From the NCBI GenBank assembly GCA_045648945.1, contig JAZROX010000011.1:4679-68678 (forward strand): DNA of 64,000 nt. The letters run 5' to 3'. Both the position numbers and the translations under genes were made by a program. This document shows positions 49,523 to 59,415 of this stretch, piece after piece. The notes below the pieces were generated by a model that saw nothing but the letters and a program-made list of their open reading frames with translations, was not told where the DNA came from and searched no databases. Numbering within the stretch: the first letter of the stretch is position 1; every line of letters begins with the position of its first letter. Source of the stretch: Candidatus Enterousia sp. (GTDB taxonomy: Bacteria; Pseudomonadota; Alphaproteobacteria; Rs-D84).

Positions 49523-49633
49523 ATTTGCCCCCATATTTTTGGTTTCTCTATGCTATATTTATAATACAAAAAACATATATTGTCAAGTGTTTTAAGTGAA
49601 AAACATCTACAAAAATCTGTTTGGGGCGTAAAT

Positions 49634-50503
49634 TTAGCGTGACCGAATGTTGATTTTTTGCTTTAATTTATTGAAATCAGTATAAAAATTCTGCGCGTCG
49701 GCCAATTGGGCAACAATATCGAAACTGGTCCCAATGCGCGAGATATCGTGGGCATCGTCTGTCACCAAAACCGGAACGCCGGCCGTCGTTATTTGTTCGA
49801 TTTTCCGGGCGCGCGTGCCAATTTGGCCATAATTCCGATTTCCCATCAGGGCGGTGTTTATCTCGACCGGCATATTATTTTGGGCCAGCGCGCGTAGCGC
49901 GGCGTCTTCTATATCATCGGCATATTGGCCAACCTTGCGCGGCAAATCAAAGTGTGCAACCCAATTAAACCGGAAACCCATGTTGCGCCAGTCGATTTCC
50001 GCCATTTTCATCAAATTTTGATAATATTCGCGTAACATTTGCCGTGCCACGCGTGGGGTTGCGTTTTTTATATCATGCACATTCAGTACGCCATCCGCGC
50101 CCAAGTCCAAGAAGTGCAGCGCGCCAATAATATAGTCCGGATTCAGCCGCCGCACCGCGTAGTTTACCGTATCCGCCCATTCGGGGTATTGAAACCAATC
50201 CATCTCCATTCCGCACAGTATGTTCATATCTGGGTATTTTTCGCGTAATGTCCGCACAGTATCATAGTGTGGCGCAAATTTCGCAATCGCGTCTTCGACG
50301 TTATCATTATATATATTCGCATATCCGCCACGCACGGCGTATTCATACATTTTTGACTTTTTGATTTCGGGATGCACAATAAAGTGATTTGAAAAACCAA
50401 TGGTTCGGAATCCGCCCGCCCGCGCGGCATCGACCATTTCGGCAACGGTATTTTTGCCATCAAATCCGATTGTGTGCGTATGTAAAGTATAATTTACCTT
50501 CAT
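49634..50503 (-). CDS. PHP-domain phosphoesterase (HisJ-like)
   Basis: HTHT, IGFSNH, GMEMDW, IGALH, AHFD, EINT, DDAH. Confidence 0.85.
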   Translation of the reverse strand: MKVNYTLHTHTIGFDGKNTVAEMVDAARAGGFRTIGFSNHFIVHPEIKKSKMYEYAVRGGYANIYNDNVEDAIAKFAPHYDTVRTLREKYPDMNILCGMEMDWFQYPEWADTVNYAVRRLNPDYIIGALHFLDLGADGVLNVHDIKNATPRVARQMLREYYQNLMKMAEIDWRNMGFRFNWVAHFDLPRKVGQYADDIEDAALRALAQNNMPVEINTALMGNRNYGQIGTRARKIEQITTAGVPVLVTDDAHDISRIGTSFDIVAQLADAQNFYTDFNKLKQKINIRSR

Positions 50504-50612
50504 TTGCAATCCTTTTGTGTACGGGTATAAGTATGCGCCCCACCCCGCCCACATGTCAAATGAATAAATATAACTTGCGTTTGACAAAAAAAGGCGTATA
50601 ATGCGAACCATT

Positions 50613-50689
50613 CGGGGCGTAGCTCAGTCTGGTAGAGTGCTTGCTTTGGGAGCAAGATGTCGTAGGTTCGAATCCTGTCGCCCCGACCA
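50613..50689 (+). tRNA. tRNA-Pro(TGG)
   Basis: Anticodon loop TTTGGGA, C1:G72, CCA end. Confidence 0.96.
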
Positions 50690-50744
50690 TAAAATAAGAA
50701 TGTCGCCAAGGGCGGCATTATTATTTTATCGCCGCGCAGCGGCG

Positions 50745-50868
50745 TGGATTTGAACCGTAGGTTCGAAACCAAGTAGATTTCACAAGTGTAACGCAGTGAA
50801 ATCGTCACGGGTTGCGCGCAGTGTCGGCAAAGCCGACCGAGCGAATCCTGTCGCCCCGACCATAAAAT
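50745..50868 (+). repeat. tRNA-derived repeat: split copy of the tRNA-Pro 3' end
   Basis: cgtaggttcgaa at 50756-50767 and 27-bp cgaatcctgtcgccccgaccataaaat at 50842-50868 (= 50669-50695) separated by a hairpin-rich insert. Confidence 0.8.
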
Positions 50869-51045
50869 TCAAACCGACCTTTATGGGCGGTTTTTTGTTT
50901 GGTTTTCAATATTTTCACCGAGTTCGAAACTTCACTTTTTTAAAAGTGTTACTTTTAGCTCATTTTCGAACTCTTTAAATAGAATTGTATTGAAAATATC
51001 GAAATATCGGTTATTATACCAGACAAAAACAAAAAGGATTATCAG

Positions 51046-51870
51046 ATGGAATGCTATAAACTTAAAGATACAGATGTAAGAAAAGCAGATTTAAGAGATA
51101 AAGAATGGATAAACCTGAATAATGTGACAGGCCTGGGCAATACACCGGATTTTTCACAAATTGCTCCAAATGCAAAAAAAATTGAATTGGAACACGCAGA
51201 AATCCGCGATATTTATTTTGGTCCAAATGTGCAAGAAATATACCTGTGGTCTATTAAGGGACTGAAACATATAGATTTTTCACAAATCGCACCAAATGCG
51301 AAAAAAATCCATTTGGGAGATGTATTTATTGAACCGAAAGATATAAAATGTAGTCTAAAAGTGAAAGAATTTGCTATAGATACACAAATGGTATTAAAAC
51401 AAGCAATGGACTTTTCAAAAATCGCACCAAATGCAACAAAAATTACCATGATGCATTACGGTTTAAAGGATATACCTAGTATAAACTTTGGTCCGGTTGT
51501 TTCAGAAATATCTTTAGAATTCACGCAGAATCCTTTTTGGGCTGTTAAAGCAGACTTTTCAAAAATCGCACCAAACGCAACAAAAATTAGTTTAGCAAAC
51601 TCTTGTAATTTTGGTGCAATCGGATGGATATGGTTTGGTCCGAAAGTCCAAGAGATAGATATGCACAACAACCACTTACCGTCATGCTTGAATTTTGAAA
51701 CAATTGCACCAAATGCAAAACTAATTAATTTAGAGAACACACATATCCCTAATCGTGCACGAATTTCTGCACCCGTTACAACAAAACTTCTTATGGGTGG
51801 CACCCCTGGTCCAACGTCATTCGAGATAGGAAAAGATGTAATTAAAATGTATTGGGATCGTCAAAGATAA
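51046..51870 (+). CDS. leucine-rich-repeat-like protein
   Basis: Five DF..IAPNA.KI.L / FGP.V.EI.L alternating units; paralogue of 53020-53850. Confidence 0.8.
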   Translation: MECYKLKDTDVRKADLRDKEWINLNNVTGLGNTPDFSQIAPNAKKIELEHAEIRDIYFGPNVQEIYLWSIKGLKHIDFSQIAPNAKKIHLGDVFIEPKDIKCSLKVKEFAIDTQMVLKQAMDFSKIAPNATKITMMHYGLKDIPSINFGPVVSEISLEFTQNPFWAVKADFSKIAPNATKISLANSCNFGAIGWIWFGPKVQEIDMHNNHLPSCLNFETIAPNAKLINLENTHIPNRARISAPVTTKLLMGGTPGPTSFEIGKDVIKMYWDRQR

Positions 51871-52008
51871 TCTTTCATCTCTTCAATCTCTCTCTTCCAA
51901 TCTTCAAAATCTCAGTTCGCAAACCGTCACGACAGCCCGAAAATTTGATTTTTAAAACAAAAACTGCCATTTTTGAACTTTTTATGATATAATTCTGAGT
52001 GTATTTAA

Positions 52009-52794
52009 ATGGGAAATTCAATAATGCGGTTAAAATGGAAACAAAAAGATATAAAAGACGATTTAGAATTTATCTTGTTTTTACAACAAGATAACAAACC
52101 GGATTGGTGGTCTAAACGGCTTTTTGAAGCATACCCATCATTAGATTATGAATATGCAAGAAAATTGCCAGAATCTGACCGATTGGATTATATAAAAAAT
52201 GAAATGGAAAAATTGGCAATTGTATATTCTGATGATATAAAAAATTCTATAAAAATGTTCACGGAAACTTGGGGGCCAGTAGATAAGAAATTAAATCTGG
52301 TATATTCGTCGGTCTTTGGGTTCGATTGCACAGAAATTTTGAATGACATGGTCGGGTTTGTTGGATTGGACCCGGTTTGTCCACGTGATGTGCAACGACA
52401 TACTTTTGATGTGTTTTATAGATTTTCACCGGAATATGCTGTATCAACTGCTTTACACGAAATAACTCATTTTGTTTGGTTTTATTTTTGGCAAAAACAC
52501 TTTAACGACGACTCTGCGGGTTACGATTCACCAAATTTAAAATGGATTTTGTCTGAAATAGTCGTTGAAACAATAATTCGAAATTCGCAAATAAATGATT
52601 TAATTGAACAACCCAAATATATCGCATATTCGTATTTTTATGATATGACAATAAATGATGAGTTGATATTTGATACAATGAAAAAATTATACCTGGGTCG
52701 CAAAGATATTTATGATTTTATGGAAAAATCATACAATTGGATTAAAAACAACGAACCAGAATTACGCGAAAAGATAGCAAAGGCAGAGAAATAA
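52009..52794 (+). CDS. hypothetical protein with HExxH zinc-binding motif
   Basis: ALHEITHF with downstream LSE glutamate (gluzincin-like); AT-rich. Confidence 0.7.
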   Translation: MGNSIMRLKWKQKDIKDDLEFILFLQQDNKPDWWSKRLFEAYPSLDYEYARKLPESDRLDYIKNEMEKLAIVYSDDIKNSIKMFTETWGPVDKKLNLVYSSVFGFDCTEILNDMVGFVGLDPVCPRDVQRHTFDVFYRFSPEYAVSTALHEITHFVWFYFWQKHFNDDSAGYDSPNLKWILSEIVVETIIRNSQINDLIEQPKYIAYSYFYDMTINDELIFDTMKKLYLGRKDIYDFMEKSYNWIKNNEPELREKIAKAEK

Positions 52795-52798
52795 CAAA

Positions 52799-52972
52799 TT
52801 ATTTATTAAATGCCAAATTCTTAGCCTTTGCCAAAATTTGCGGGTCCAATTTTTTAGAATCGGGTTTATACAATCTGAATTTACTTTTATCTTTGGTGAT
52901 TTCTTGCCACACATCCAAAGCATCGTTTTTGAATTTCTTGGTATAATCCGCATAAAATTTTATTGAAAACAC
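52799..52972 (-). pseudogene. possible 3' gene remnant or small ORF
   Basis: Open frame FYADYTKKFKNDALDVWQEITKDKSKFRLYKP...AFNK* reads like protein but has no clear RBS. Confidence 0.3.
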
Positions 52973-53019
52973 TAAAATATCTATTATTCTATCCCATAGA
53001 AATAAAAAAGGATTATCAT

Positions 53020-53850
53020 ATGGAACGCTATTATTTAAACTATCCAGATATGAGAAAAATTAAAAACAAGGACTTAAAAGACAAAGAATGGGTAAGTTTA
53101 TACCACCCAAAAGGTCTGGGCGACAAACCGGATTTTTCGATAATCGCCCCGAACGCGAAAAAAATTGAATTGGGCGATGTCAAGATAACCGATATTAATT
53201 TTGGGCCAAATGTTGAGGCAATAGAAATGTATAGCATATCGGGGATTGACTATATTGATTTCGCCAAGGCCGCCCCAAACGCAAAAGATATAAGATTAAC
53301 AGGTTTTTATGTTCAAAACCCCGGTCAGTTAAAATTTGGTTCAAAACTGGAAGATTTGCGATTGAATGACAATGTAATAGCATCCGGCGAATGGGACTTT
53401 GCAAAGATTGCGCCAACCGCCAAACGAATTGCCCTAAAGGGTTATTGGTTTGATAAGGTTTCTTTTTTAGGCTTTGGGCCAAATTTGCAAGAATTATATC
53501 TGATTGAAACTATGTATCCTTTTCACGGTCAAGATATTGTGGATTTTAGGAAAATCGCGCCAAACGTAAAAACGGTTAGTTTCCATCGTTCAACATTGGG
53601 AAATGTGTTTTTGTGGTTTGGGAATAATGTGGAAGATATAGATTTATCCGAAACAATGGACACCCCATGCATTCAATTTGAAGAACGTGCACCAAACGCA
53701 AAGAAAATAAATTTGTACAATGCGCGCATTGATACATATTCCCGGGTTTCGGCCCCCCTTAGCGCGGAAGTCATCATCGGGGGCAGAAATGTGGGAATGT
53801 CATTGGCAATCAAAAACGGCCTGCAAATAGTGCGTCGTATGGACAGATAA
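53020..53850 (+). CDS. leucine-rich-repeat-like protein
   Basis: Same five-unit DF..IAPNAK.I architecture and AAAGGATTATCA RBS region as 51046-51870. Confidence 0.8.
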   Translation: MERYYLNYPDMRKIKNKDLKDKEWVSLYHPKGLGDKPDFSIIAPNAKKIELGDVKITDINFGPNVEAIEMYSISGIDYIDFAKAAPNAKDIRLTGFYVQNPGQLKFGSKLEDLRLNDNVIASGEWDFAKIAPTAKRIALKGYWFDKVSFLGFGPNLQELYLIETMYPFHGQDIVDFRKIAPNVKTVSFHRSTLGNVFLWFGNNVEDIDLSETMDTPCIQFEERAPNAKKINLYNARIDTYSRVSAPLSAEVIIGGRNVGMSLAIKNGLQIVRRMDR

Positions 53851-53912
53851 GTTTTTGTGTTTGATAATATTCAATATTTAGGTTAAAATTCATACCAATT
53901 AGAGGATTTTCT

Positions 53913-54461
53913 ATGAAGCGTTATATTGAATATTTAAGACATTTTCTGTCCGGGAATCAACCCCGGGGGATTAAATTCAGAACAAAAATGGCCATCGTTT
54001 TGACTTTGGTCGTCTTGGTCATAGAAATTGTGGCATATTGCACGTATTGGGATTCTATTCCGGATATAATTAAATATGATTACGATTTTTCCGGCGTGCC
54101 CAACAATATTTGCGGGAAAAAATGGATATGGTACAACCTGGTATTTCAGATATTTATTTGCGCCGGCGTATTTATAGTGAAACATTTATCGTACAAAATA
54201 AAGCGGGTTCATAATATCGTCTATGATAACAATGATAAATTAATTCCGATAATGGATAAACGATTTTCCATGTTTGCGTGGGAAACGGCGATGTTGTTTG
54301 TGACGACCGAGCAAGGCTATCTTTTCGCCCTTACCGGTATTTTTGGGGATTGTATGTGTGATGATATCGTAACGGTAATATTCCTGTTTTGGCAGATTTT
54401 ACTTGTTATAGAATTTTGCGCGGATTTAAAGATATTAAAGAAAAGGCTTTCCGGCGCATAA
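53913..54461 (+). CDS. DUF1648/SdpI-like membrane protein
   Basis: Four TM segments; YWDSIPDII...DFSGVPN...GK resembles the DUF1648 loop motif. Confidence 0.6.
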   Translation: MKRYIEYLRHFLSGNQPRGIKFRTKMAIVLTLVVLVIEIVAYCTYWDSIPDIIKYDYDFSGVPNNICGKKWIWYNLVFQIFICAGVFIVKHLSYKIKRVHNIVYDNNDKLIPIMDKRFSMFAWETAMLFVTTEQGYLFALTGIFGDCMCDDIVTVIFLFWQILLVIEFCADLKILKKRLSGA

Positions 54462-54588
54462 ATTTTTTCCTTATTTATCGCCGGTATTGCGCCCATTGAT
54501 AAGGTAACTTCAAACGTCACCTTGGTAATTGGATAGTGGTTAGTGATTTCTGGAATCATCACGCAATTATGAAATAATTCCAGATTAT

Positions 54589-54611
54589 ACTAACCACTAA
54601 CACTAGCCACT
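54589..54611 (-). repeat. short tandem TAGTG-type repeat after argS stop
   Basis: agtggctagtgttagtggttagt on the argS sense strand; opposing partial copy at ~54533-54546. Confidence 0.7.
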
Positions 54612-54614
54612 TTT

Positions 54615-56327
54615 CTACATTTCCCGTGGGATATTTAGGCCCATTAAATCCAATGTTTTTGTTAAAACGTCCACGGCAATTCGGACCAGGCCAAGGCGCA
54701 TTTCACGCGTTTCCGCCGGAATATCATCACGCAATATTGGACAGTTGTGATAGAATGTATTTATCGATTGACATAAATCGTATGCATAGTTTGCAACCAA
54801 ATCCGTTGCACGCGATTCAAATGCCGATTGAATGGTCCTATCAAAATCCAATAATTCCATAATCAGATTACGTTCATCCGGTTCCAACTTTGCATTTGTT
54901 GGTGTCTTGAAATTGCCCGCACGGCGCAGCACAGAGTTCAAACGCACCGCCGTGTATAATATATACGGACCGGTGCGACCTTCGAACGAAGTAATCTGGG
55001 CCGGGTCAAATATATAATCCGCCCGCAGGTCGTGTGATAAATCGTTAAACTTTAATGCCGCCAATGCAATCATATCGATTGTTTCGTCGTCTAGTTTCTT
55101 GCCAGATTCTGTGACGCGGTCGCGTGCCGCGGCACCAACCATTTCAATAACATCATTCAATCCCGCCGCGTTCCCATCACGGGTTTTAAATGGTTTGCCA
55201 TCGGCGCCGTTGATTGTGCCATAACCAATGTGTTCCAATGCGTCCGCCGGAAACATATTTAACAATTCGGCAACCCGGAACAGTTGTTCAAAGTGCAACG
55301 ATTGTCTTTTGTCGGTTAAATAAATTACTTTGTCCGGATTGTCCGTGATTTTACGATAGTATAACGCCATAATATCAGTTGCGTCGTATGGAACGGCGCC
55401 ACGCGAATTATAAAACATAACCGGTGGCATAGGCTTATTATCGGTATCGCGTTTTACAACAATTACTTCGGCACCGTCACTTTTGATCAACAGGTTTTTG
55501 TCGCGAATAATTTTTTCAACCGGTGCAGTATACTTTGCCGCGTTGCGTTCCCCAAGGTCATTATCAAATGGAATTATGTTTAATAATCTAACGGTCCGAT
55601 TCATAGATGCCAACGAAATCGGCATAAAAATGTTATACAAGGCATTATATCCCGCATGGCCTTGCTGTAATTTTGCAGTAATGATTTGTGCGTGTTCCAA
55701 AAAATCGTTATCTATTTTTGCCAATGCCGCCGCAGATGGATAATATGTGTCTAATTCAACGGGGTCAAATGTGTATTTCGAATAATCGGCATTTGCGTCA
55801 AAATCGTCTTGAAAAAATGGCCAATCTGGGTGTAATTTTTCAATCCAGGCAATCACGAATCCCATTGAACGGCCCCAATCACCCATGTGATTGTAAGAAA
55901 TCATTTTGTGTCCCAAACTGCGGCCAAGGCGATACAACATATCACCAACAATAGATGTTCGCATGTGTCCAATGTGCAATGATTTTGCAACATTGTATGC
56001 GCCATAGTCCATGTCTATGACCATGGGTTTGGTCGTCGGGGTGATTTCGGACGCAGTTTGCGCGGCGCGCCACAGAAAATCGTCCCGAATTTTAATGTTG
56101 ATAAAACCCGGCCCAGCAACGGATGCGGATTCTACAAAATCCAAACCTTCGATTTTGGGTAAAATTTCGCCCGCCAATTCGCGTGGGTTTTTGCCCGCCG
56201 ATTTTGCCATAACCATTGCCGCGTTTGTCGAAAAATCGCCAAATTCACGGTTGCGCGGAATTTCCAACTTGGCCCCGAAACCCAATTTTTCGTTTAATTT
56301 ATCAGATACATATTTATACAGATTCAT
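54615..56327 (-). CDS. argS: arginine--tRNA ligase
   Basis: FGDFSTN, AGPGFIN, NVAKSLHIGHMR, GKPFKTRDG, FEGRTGPYILY. Confidence 0.97.
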   Translation of the reverse strand: MNLYKYVSDKLNEKLGFGAKLEIPRNREFGDFSTNAAMVMAKSAGKNPRELAGEILPKIEGLDFVESASVAGPGFINIKIRDDFLWRAAQTASEITPTTKPMVIDMDYGAYNVAKSLHIGHMRTSIVGDMLYRLGRSLGHKMISYNHMGDWGRSMGFVIAWIEKLHPDWPFFQDDFDANADYSKYTFDPVELDTYYPSAAALAKIDNDFLEHAQIITAKLQQGHAGYNALYNIFMPISLASMNRTVRLLNIIPFDNDLGERNAAKYTAPVEKIIRDKNLLIKSDGAEVIVVKRDTDNKPMPPVMFYNSRGAVPYDATDIMALYYRKITDNPDKVIYLTDKRQSLHFEQLFRVAELLNMFPADALEHIGYGTINGADGKPFKTRDGNAAGLNDVIEMVGAAARDRVTESGKKLDDETIDMIALAALKFNDLSHDLRADYIFDPAQITSFEGRTGPYILYTAVRLNSVLRRAGNFKTPTNAKLEPDERNLIMELLDFDRTIQSAFESRATDLVANYAYDLCQSINTFYHNCPILRDDIPAETREMRLGLVRIAVDVLTKTLDLMGLNIPREM

Positions 56328-56350
56328 TTTTATCCCCGTGATTTATATTG

Positions 56351-57631
56351 TTAAATTGGTAATACCACGCGTACGCGCAGGCCGCCCAGTTCGCTGTCTT
56401 CCAAGAATATTTGGCCGCCATGGTTTTCGATTGCAGTTTTCGCAATGGACAGCCCCAGCCCCGTTCCACCGGTGTTCGCACCCCTTGCGTCATCCAGCCG
56501 GACAAATGGGCGCATCGCTTCGGCCTTTTTATTGTCGGGAATGCCCGGGCCATCGTCTTCGATTATAATTGTCGTGTCTTCGGTGCCGTCAATTTCGGTT
56601 ATTCTTATAATCTTGTGCGCATAGCGTGCCGCGTTTTCGATTATATTACTAAAGGCCTGGGCCAATGCCATAGGACGCGCATAAAACTGGACCGGGACCT
56701 CTGGGAAATTGGTCAGAATTCGTTTGTCGGGTGCCGCGTCGCGCGCAATACGCAACAACATAGGCGGCAATTCTGTCGATTGTTCGATTTCCGGCATTTC
56801 ACCGCGCGCGAACGCCAGGTATCCGGTTATCATTGCGCTCATGCGGTCAATGTCGGTCAGTAACGCATTTTTGTCTGCGCTGTCTGTTTCAATGGCAAGA
56901 CGCATCCGCGCAAGTGGCGATTTCAAATCGTGACTGACCGCGTTCAGCATATCTGTGCGGGTTCGATTGTATCGGTCAAGTCGTTCTTTCATTGTTATCA
57001 TCGCGGTCGCGGCGTCGCGTATTTCACGTGACCCGGTTGGCACGAAACCCGGCGCATCCAACCCACGCCCGAAACGATTTGCCGCATGTGCGATGCGACG
57101 GATACTGCGATTATGCAATATTATGAACGGCGAAACCAATGCGGATACAATTAAAATTGCGCCGATAAGCCATATTATAAATACTTCCGTACTGGTGGAA
57201 TAAATGCGATAAAGACTCGCGCCAAATGTTACAATTTTTCCGTTTTGTGTTGGAATATCGATGGAGATAAGGCGTGGCGCTCGGTCGATATAAATATCCG
57301 CGGAACGTTTAAGGCGTTTCGATAATTCGTTGGCCAATAATCCCGCCTCACGCGAAGAATTGTCATTGTCTTTTGGCCGGTCCAGTTTATCATGAACCGA
57401 GAAATTGATTCCAATATCGTTCGCCATTGATTCTGCGGCGTTTGTGTTTCCGGAATCCATGAAATTCATTATTGTCACAATTTCCCCGGCCAGTGTACGT
57501 GCCAAAGTCGCATGCACGCGCGCCCAATGGTTACCAAAAAACACGTTCGCAATAATCACCTGGGCCACAACCAGGGGGACCAGTATCAATAAAATCGTGC
57601 GACTAAAAAAACTGCGTGGAATCAATCTCAT
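56351..57631 (-). CDS. EnvZ-like sensor histidine kinase
   Basis: Two TMs, HAMP, VSHDLKSPL H-box, NIIENA, EDDGPGI, GTGLGL. Confidence 0.93.
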   Translation of the reverse strand: MRLIPRSFFSRTILLILVPLVVAQVIIANVFFGNHWARVHATLARTLAGEIVTIMNFMDSGNTNAAESMANDIGINFSVHDKLDRPKDNDNSSREAGLLANELSKRLKRSADIYIDRAPRLISIDIPTQNGKIVTFGASLYRIYSTSTEVFIIWLIGAILIVSALVSPFIILHNRSIRRIAHAANRFGRGLDAPGFVPTGSREIRDAATAMITMKERLDRYNRTRTDMLNAVSHDLKSPLARMRLAIETDSADKNALLTDIDRMSAMITGYLAFARGEMPEIEQSTELPPMLLRIARDAAPDKRILTNFPEVPVQFYARPMALAQAFSNIIENAARYAHKIIRITEIDGTEDTTIIIEDDGPGIPDNKKAEAMRPFVRLDDARGANTGGTGLGLSIAKTAIENHGGQIFLEDSELGGLRVRVVLPI

Positions 57632-57635
57632 GTAT

Positions 57636-58289
57636 TTATTCCTTTGTTGTTTCGCGGCCCGTTGTTGAACATACCAATTTGTAACCACGACTGCGTATGG
57701 TTATGATGTCCAGATTTGATAATACACTATTTATTTTTCCGCGCAAGCGTTTTGCAACCATTGGTGCCGCCGCGACAATATTACCGACCGGACATGTTAA
57801 ATTGGTTAACAATTTCTTTTCTTCGCCCGAAAGCGTCAATATGCGCATTTCTCCGTCGGGCGATTTAACAAAAAACTCGTTTTCGTTCAGAATCAATCCG
57901 TCGGGCATTTGCGGCGCATTTTCTATGTTGTGGCGCGTGATATTGTTAAGACGCAGTATCAATTCTTGTAATTTGAACGGTTTGGCCAAGTAATCATCGG
58001 CCCCGCCGGTCAATCCCGCAATTGCATTTTCGGCCCCGCCCATCGCGGTCAACATTATTGTTGGCGTATTATTTCCCGCCGCACGCAAATTTTTAAGAAA
58101 TGTTAGGCCATCCATTCCCGTCATCATTCGGTCCAGAATAATCGCGTCAACCGTTATGCGGGCCAGTATTTCGGCGCCTTCTTCGGCGCTGCGTGCGCCA
58201 ATAACATTAAAACCGGCCATACGCAACCCGCGCGCAAGCGTGCCGCGTAACATATCATCGTCGTCAATAATAATAATCGTTTTATTCAT
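57636..58289 (-). CDS. OmpR-family response regulator with shortened output domain
   Basis: Receiver IDDD/ILDRMM/MLTA/AKPF; C-terminal KRLRGKI...ITIRSRGYKL. Confidence 0.9.
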   Translation of the reverse strand: MNKTIIIIDDDDMLRGTLARGLRMAGFNVIGARSAEEGAEILARITVDAIILDRMMTGMDGLTFLKNLRAAGNNTPTIMLTAMGGAENAIAGLTGGADDYLAKPFKLQELILRLNNITRHNIENAPQMPDGLILNENEFFVKSPDGEMRILTLSGEEKKLLTNLTCPVGNIVAAAPMVAKRLRGKINSVLSNLDIITIRSRGYKLVCSTTGRETTKE

Positions 58290-58360
58290 CCAAATGGGCC
58301 CTTTGTGTTATCTTAGGCGCATTTTGTGCCAATTTCAAGCCCGATGCATAAAATGTGTAT

Positions 58361-59266
58361 TTATTTTTGTAACGGTTCGACCGCATATTCGCCCGGCTGG
58401 ATTGTCTGGATAAGGTTGTCGTTTTCGTCAACCGCCGCACGGAACTGCATCCCGCCCGTTGTGAATTCGGTCTTGAACAGTGCGTAACCCGTCCCGCCCC
58501 CGGTGGTTGGTCCCTGGGTGCCCAATGAATAATATCCGCCCAGAATGCCATAGTCCAAATCAATGTAATCCAGATTTACCAACAGTGATACATTGCTGAA
58601 CCCGTCACTGGTCATATTGCATGCGAATTCCCGATTCGATAATGTTGCCGATGCATTGTTCGGTATAACAATATCCATAATTGTGGGTTCGCATACGCGG
58701 CTTATACCGTTTACCAGCATTTCATAGGTCATATTTACCGTTGCGCGTGAAAGACCCGTGGAAACGTTAACCTGGGAAATTGTGGCCTTTGGGATTTTAA
58801 CCAGCGCATTTGCAATACCGGAACGCACCGGGAAAGAAATGCCAGATTGCAGGCAATCGCGCGAAAATGGGTCGGCTTCACATATATAAAGACGTGAATG
58901 CGCGTTCATCATAAATGTGTTAACAAGGCTATTGAACAAAAACGTCCGCGTAATTTTGTCATTCAGGCGTGTGCACCCAAAATTGCGACATACAATCATT
59001 GGGCGTTCCGCAAACATTACACCGGGATGGGCGGCGGCCTCGGCATCACGGGCGTTGATTATATTTTCGTCATAATCCAAACTATCGGCGCGTTGCATAA
59101 ACTCGGTTTCCGGAACAAAGTTCGGATCGTCGGGGTATGCATAGTACGATTGAACCGGTGTTTCGGTATAGATTGTTTGATAATTTTCTTCAATATATTG
59201 GGTTGCGCCGAATGCATTTGTCGCCAAAATTACGCCCAATATCGCCGTTAGACTTGATTTTCTCAT
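58361..59266 (-). CDS. secreted hypothetical protein
   Basis: Signal peptide, six Cys, beta-rich; RBS GAAGGG. Confidence 0.72.
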   Translation of the reverse strand: MRKSSLTAILGVILATNAFGATQYIEENYQTIYTETPVQSYYAYPDDPNFVPETEFMQRADSLDYDENIINARDAEAAAHPGVMFAERPMIVCRNFGCTRLNDKITRTFLFNSLVNTFMMNAHSRLYICEADPFSRDCLQSGISFPVRSGIANALVKIPKATISQVNVSTGLSRATVNMTYEMLVNGISRVCEPTIMDIVIPNNASATLSNREFACNMTSDGFSNVSLLVNLDYIDLDYGILGGYYSLGTQGPTTGGGTGYALFKTEFTTGGMQFRAAVDENDNLIQTIQPGEYAVEPLQK

Positions 59267-59415
59267 TTTATTTGCCCTTCCCTTGATATATTTATATTGG
59301 TATTTTAAAACATTATGGGTATTCGTGTCAAAGCAAAAATTTTTATTGAAATTTGATGGCGTTTTGTTCTATAAGATATAAAGACATATTAAATAAAACG
59401 GAAAGGTGTTATACA

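Noticed and set aside
50669-50868. attL/attR of an integrated island at tRNA-Pro
   Set aside because: The 27-bp repeats are only 173 bp apart with no integrase between them; kept only as a small tRNA-derived repeat.
51868-51940. Minus-strand coding-like remnant with in-frame TGA (…AN*DFEDWKREIEEMKDYL), suggesting an alternative genetic code
   Set aside because: Too short to assess, and TGA acts as a normal stop elsewhere in the window (e.g. 23279).
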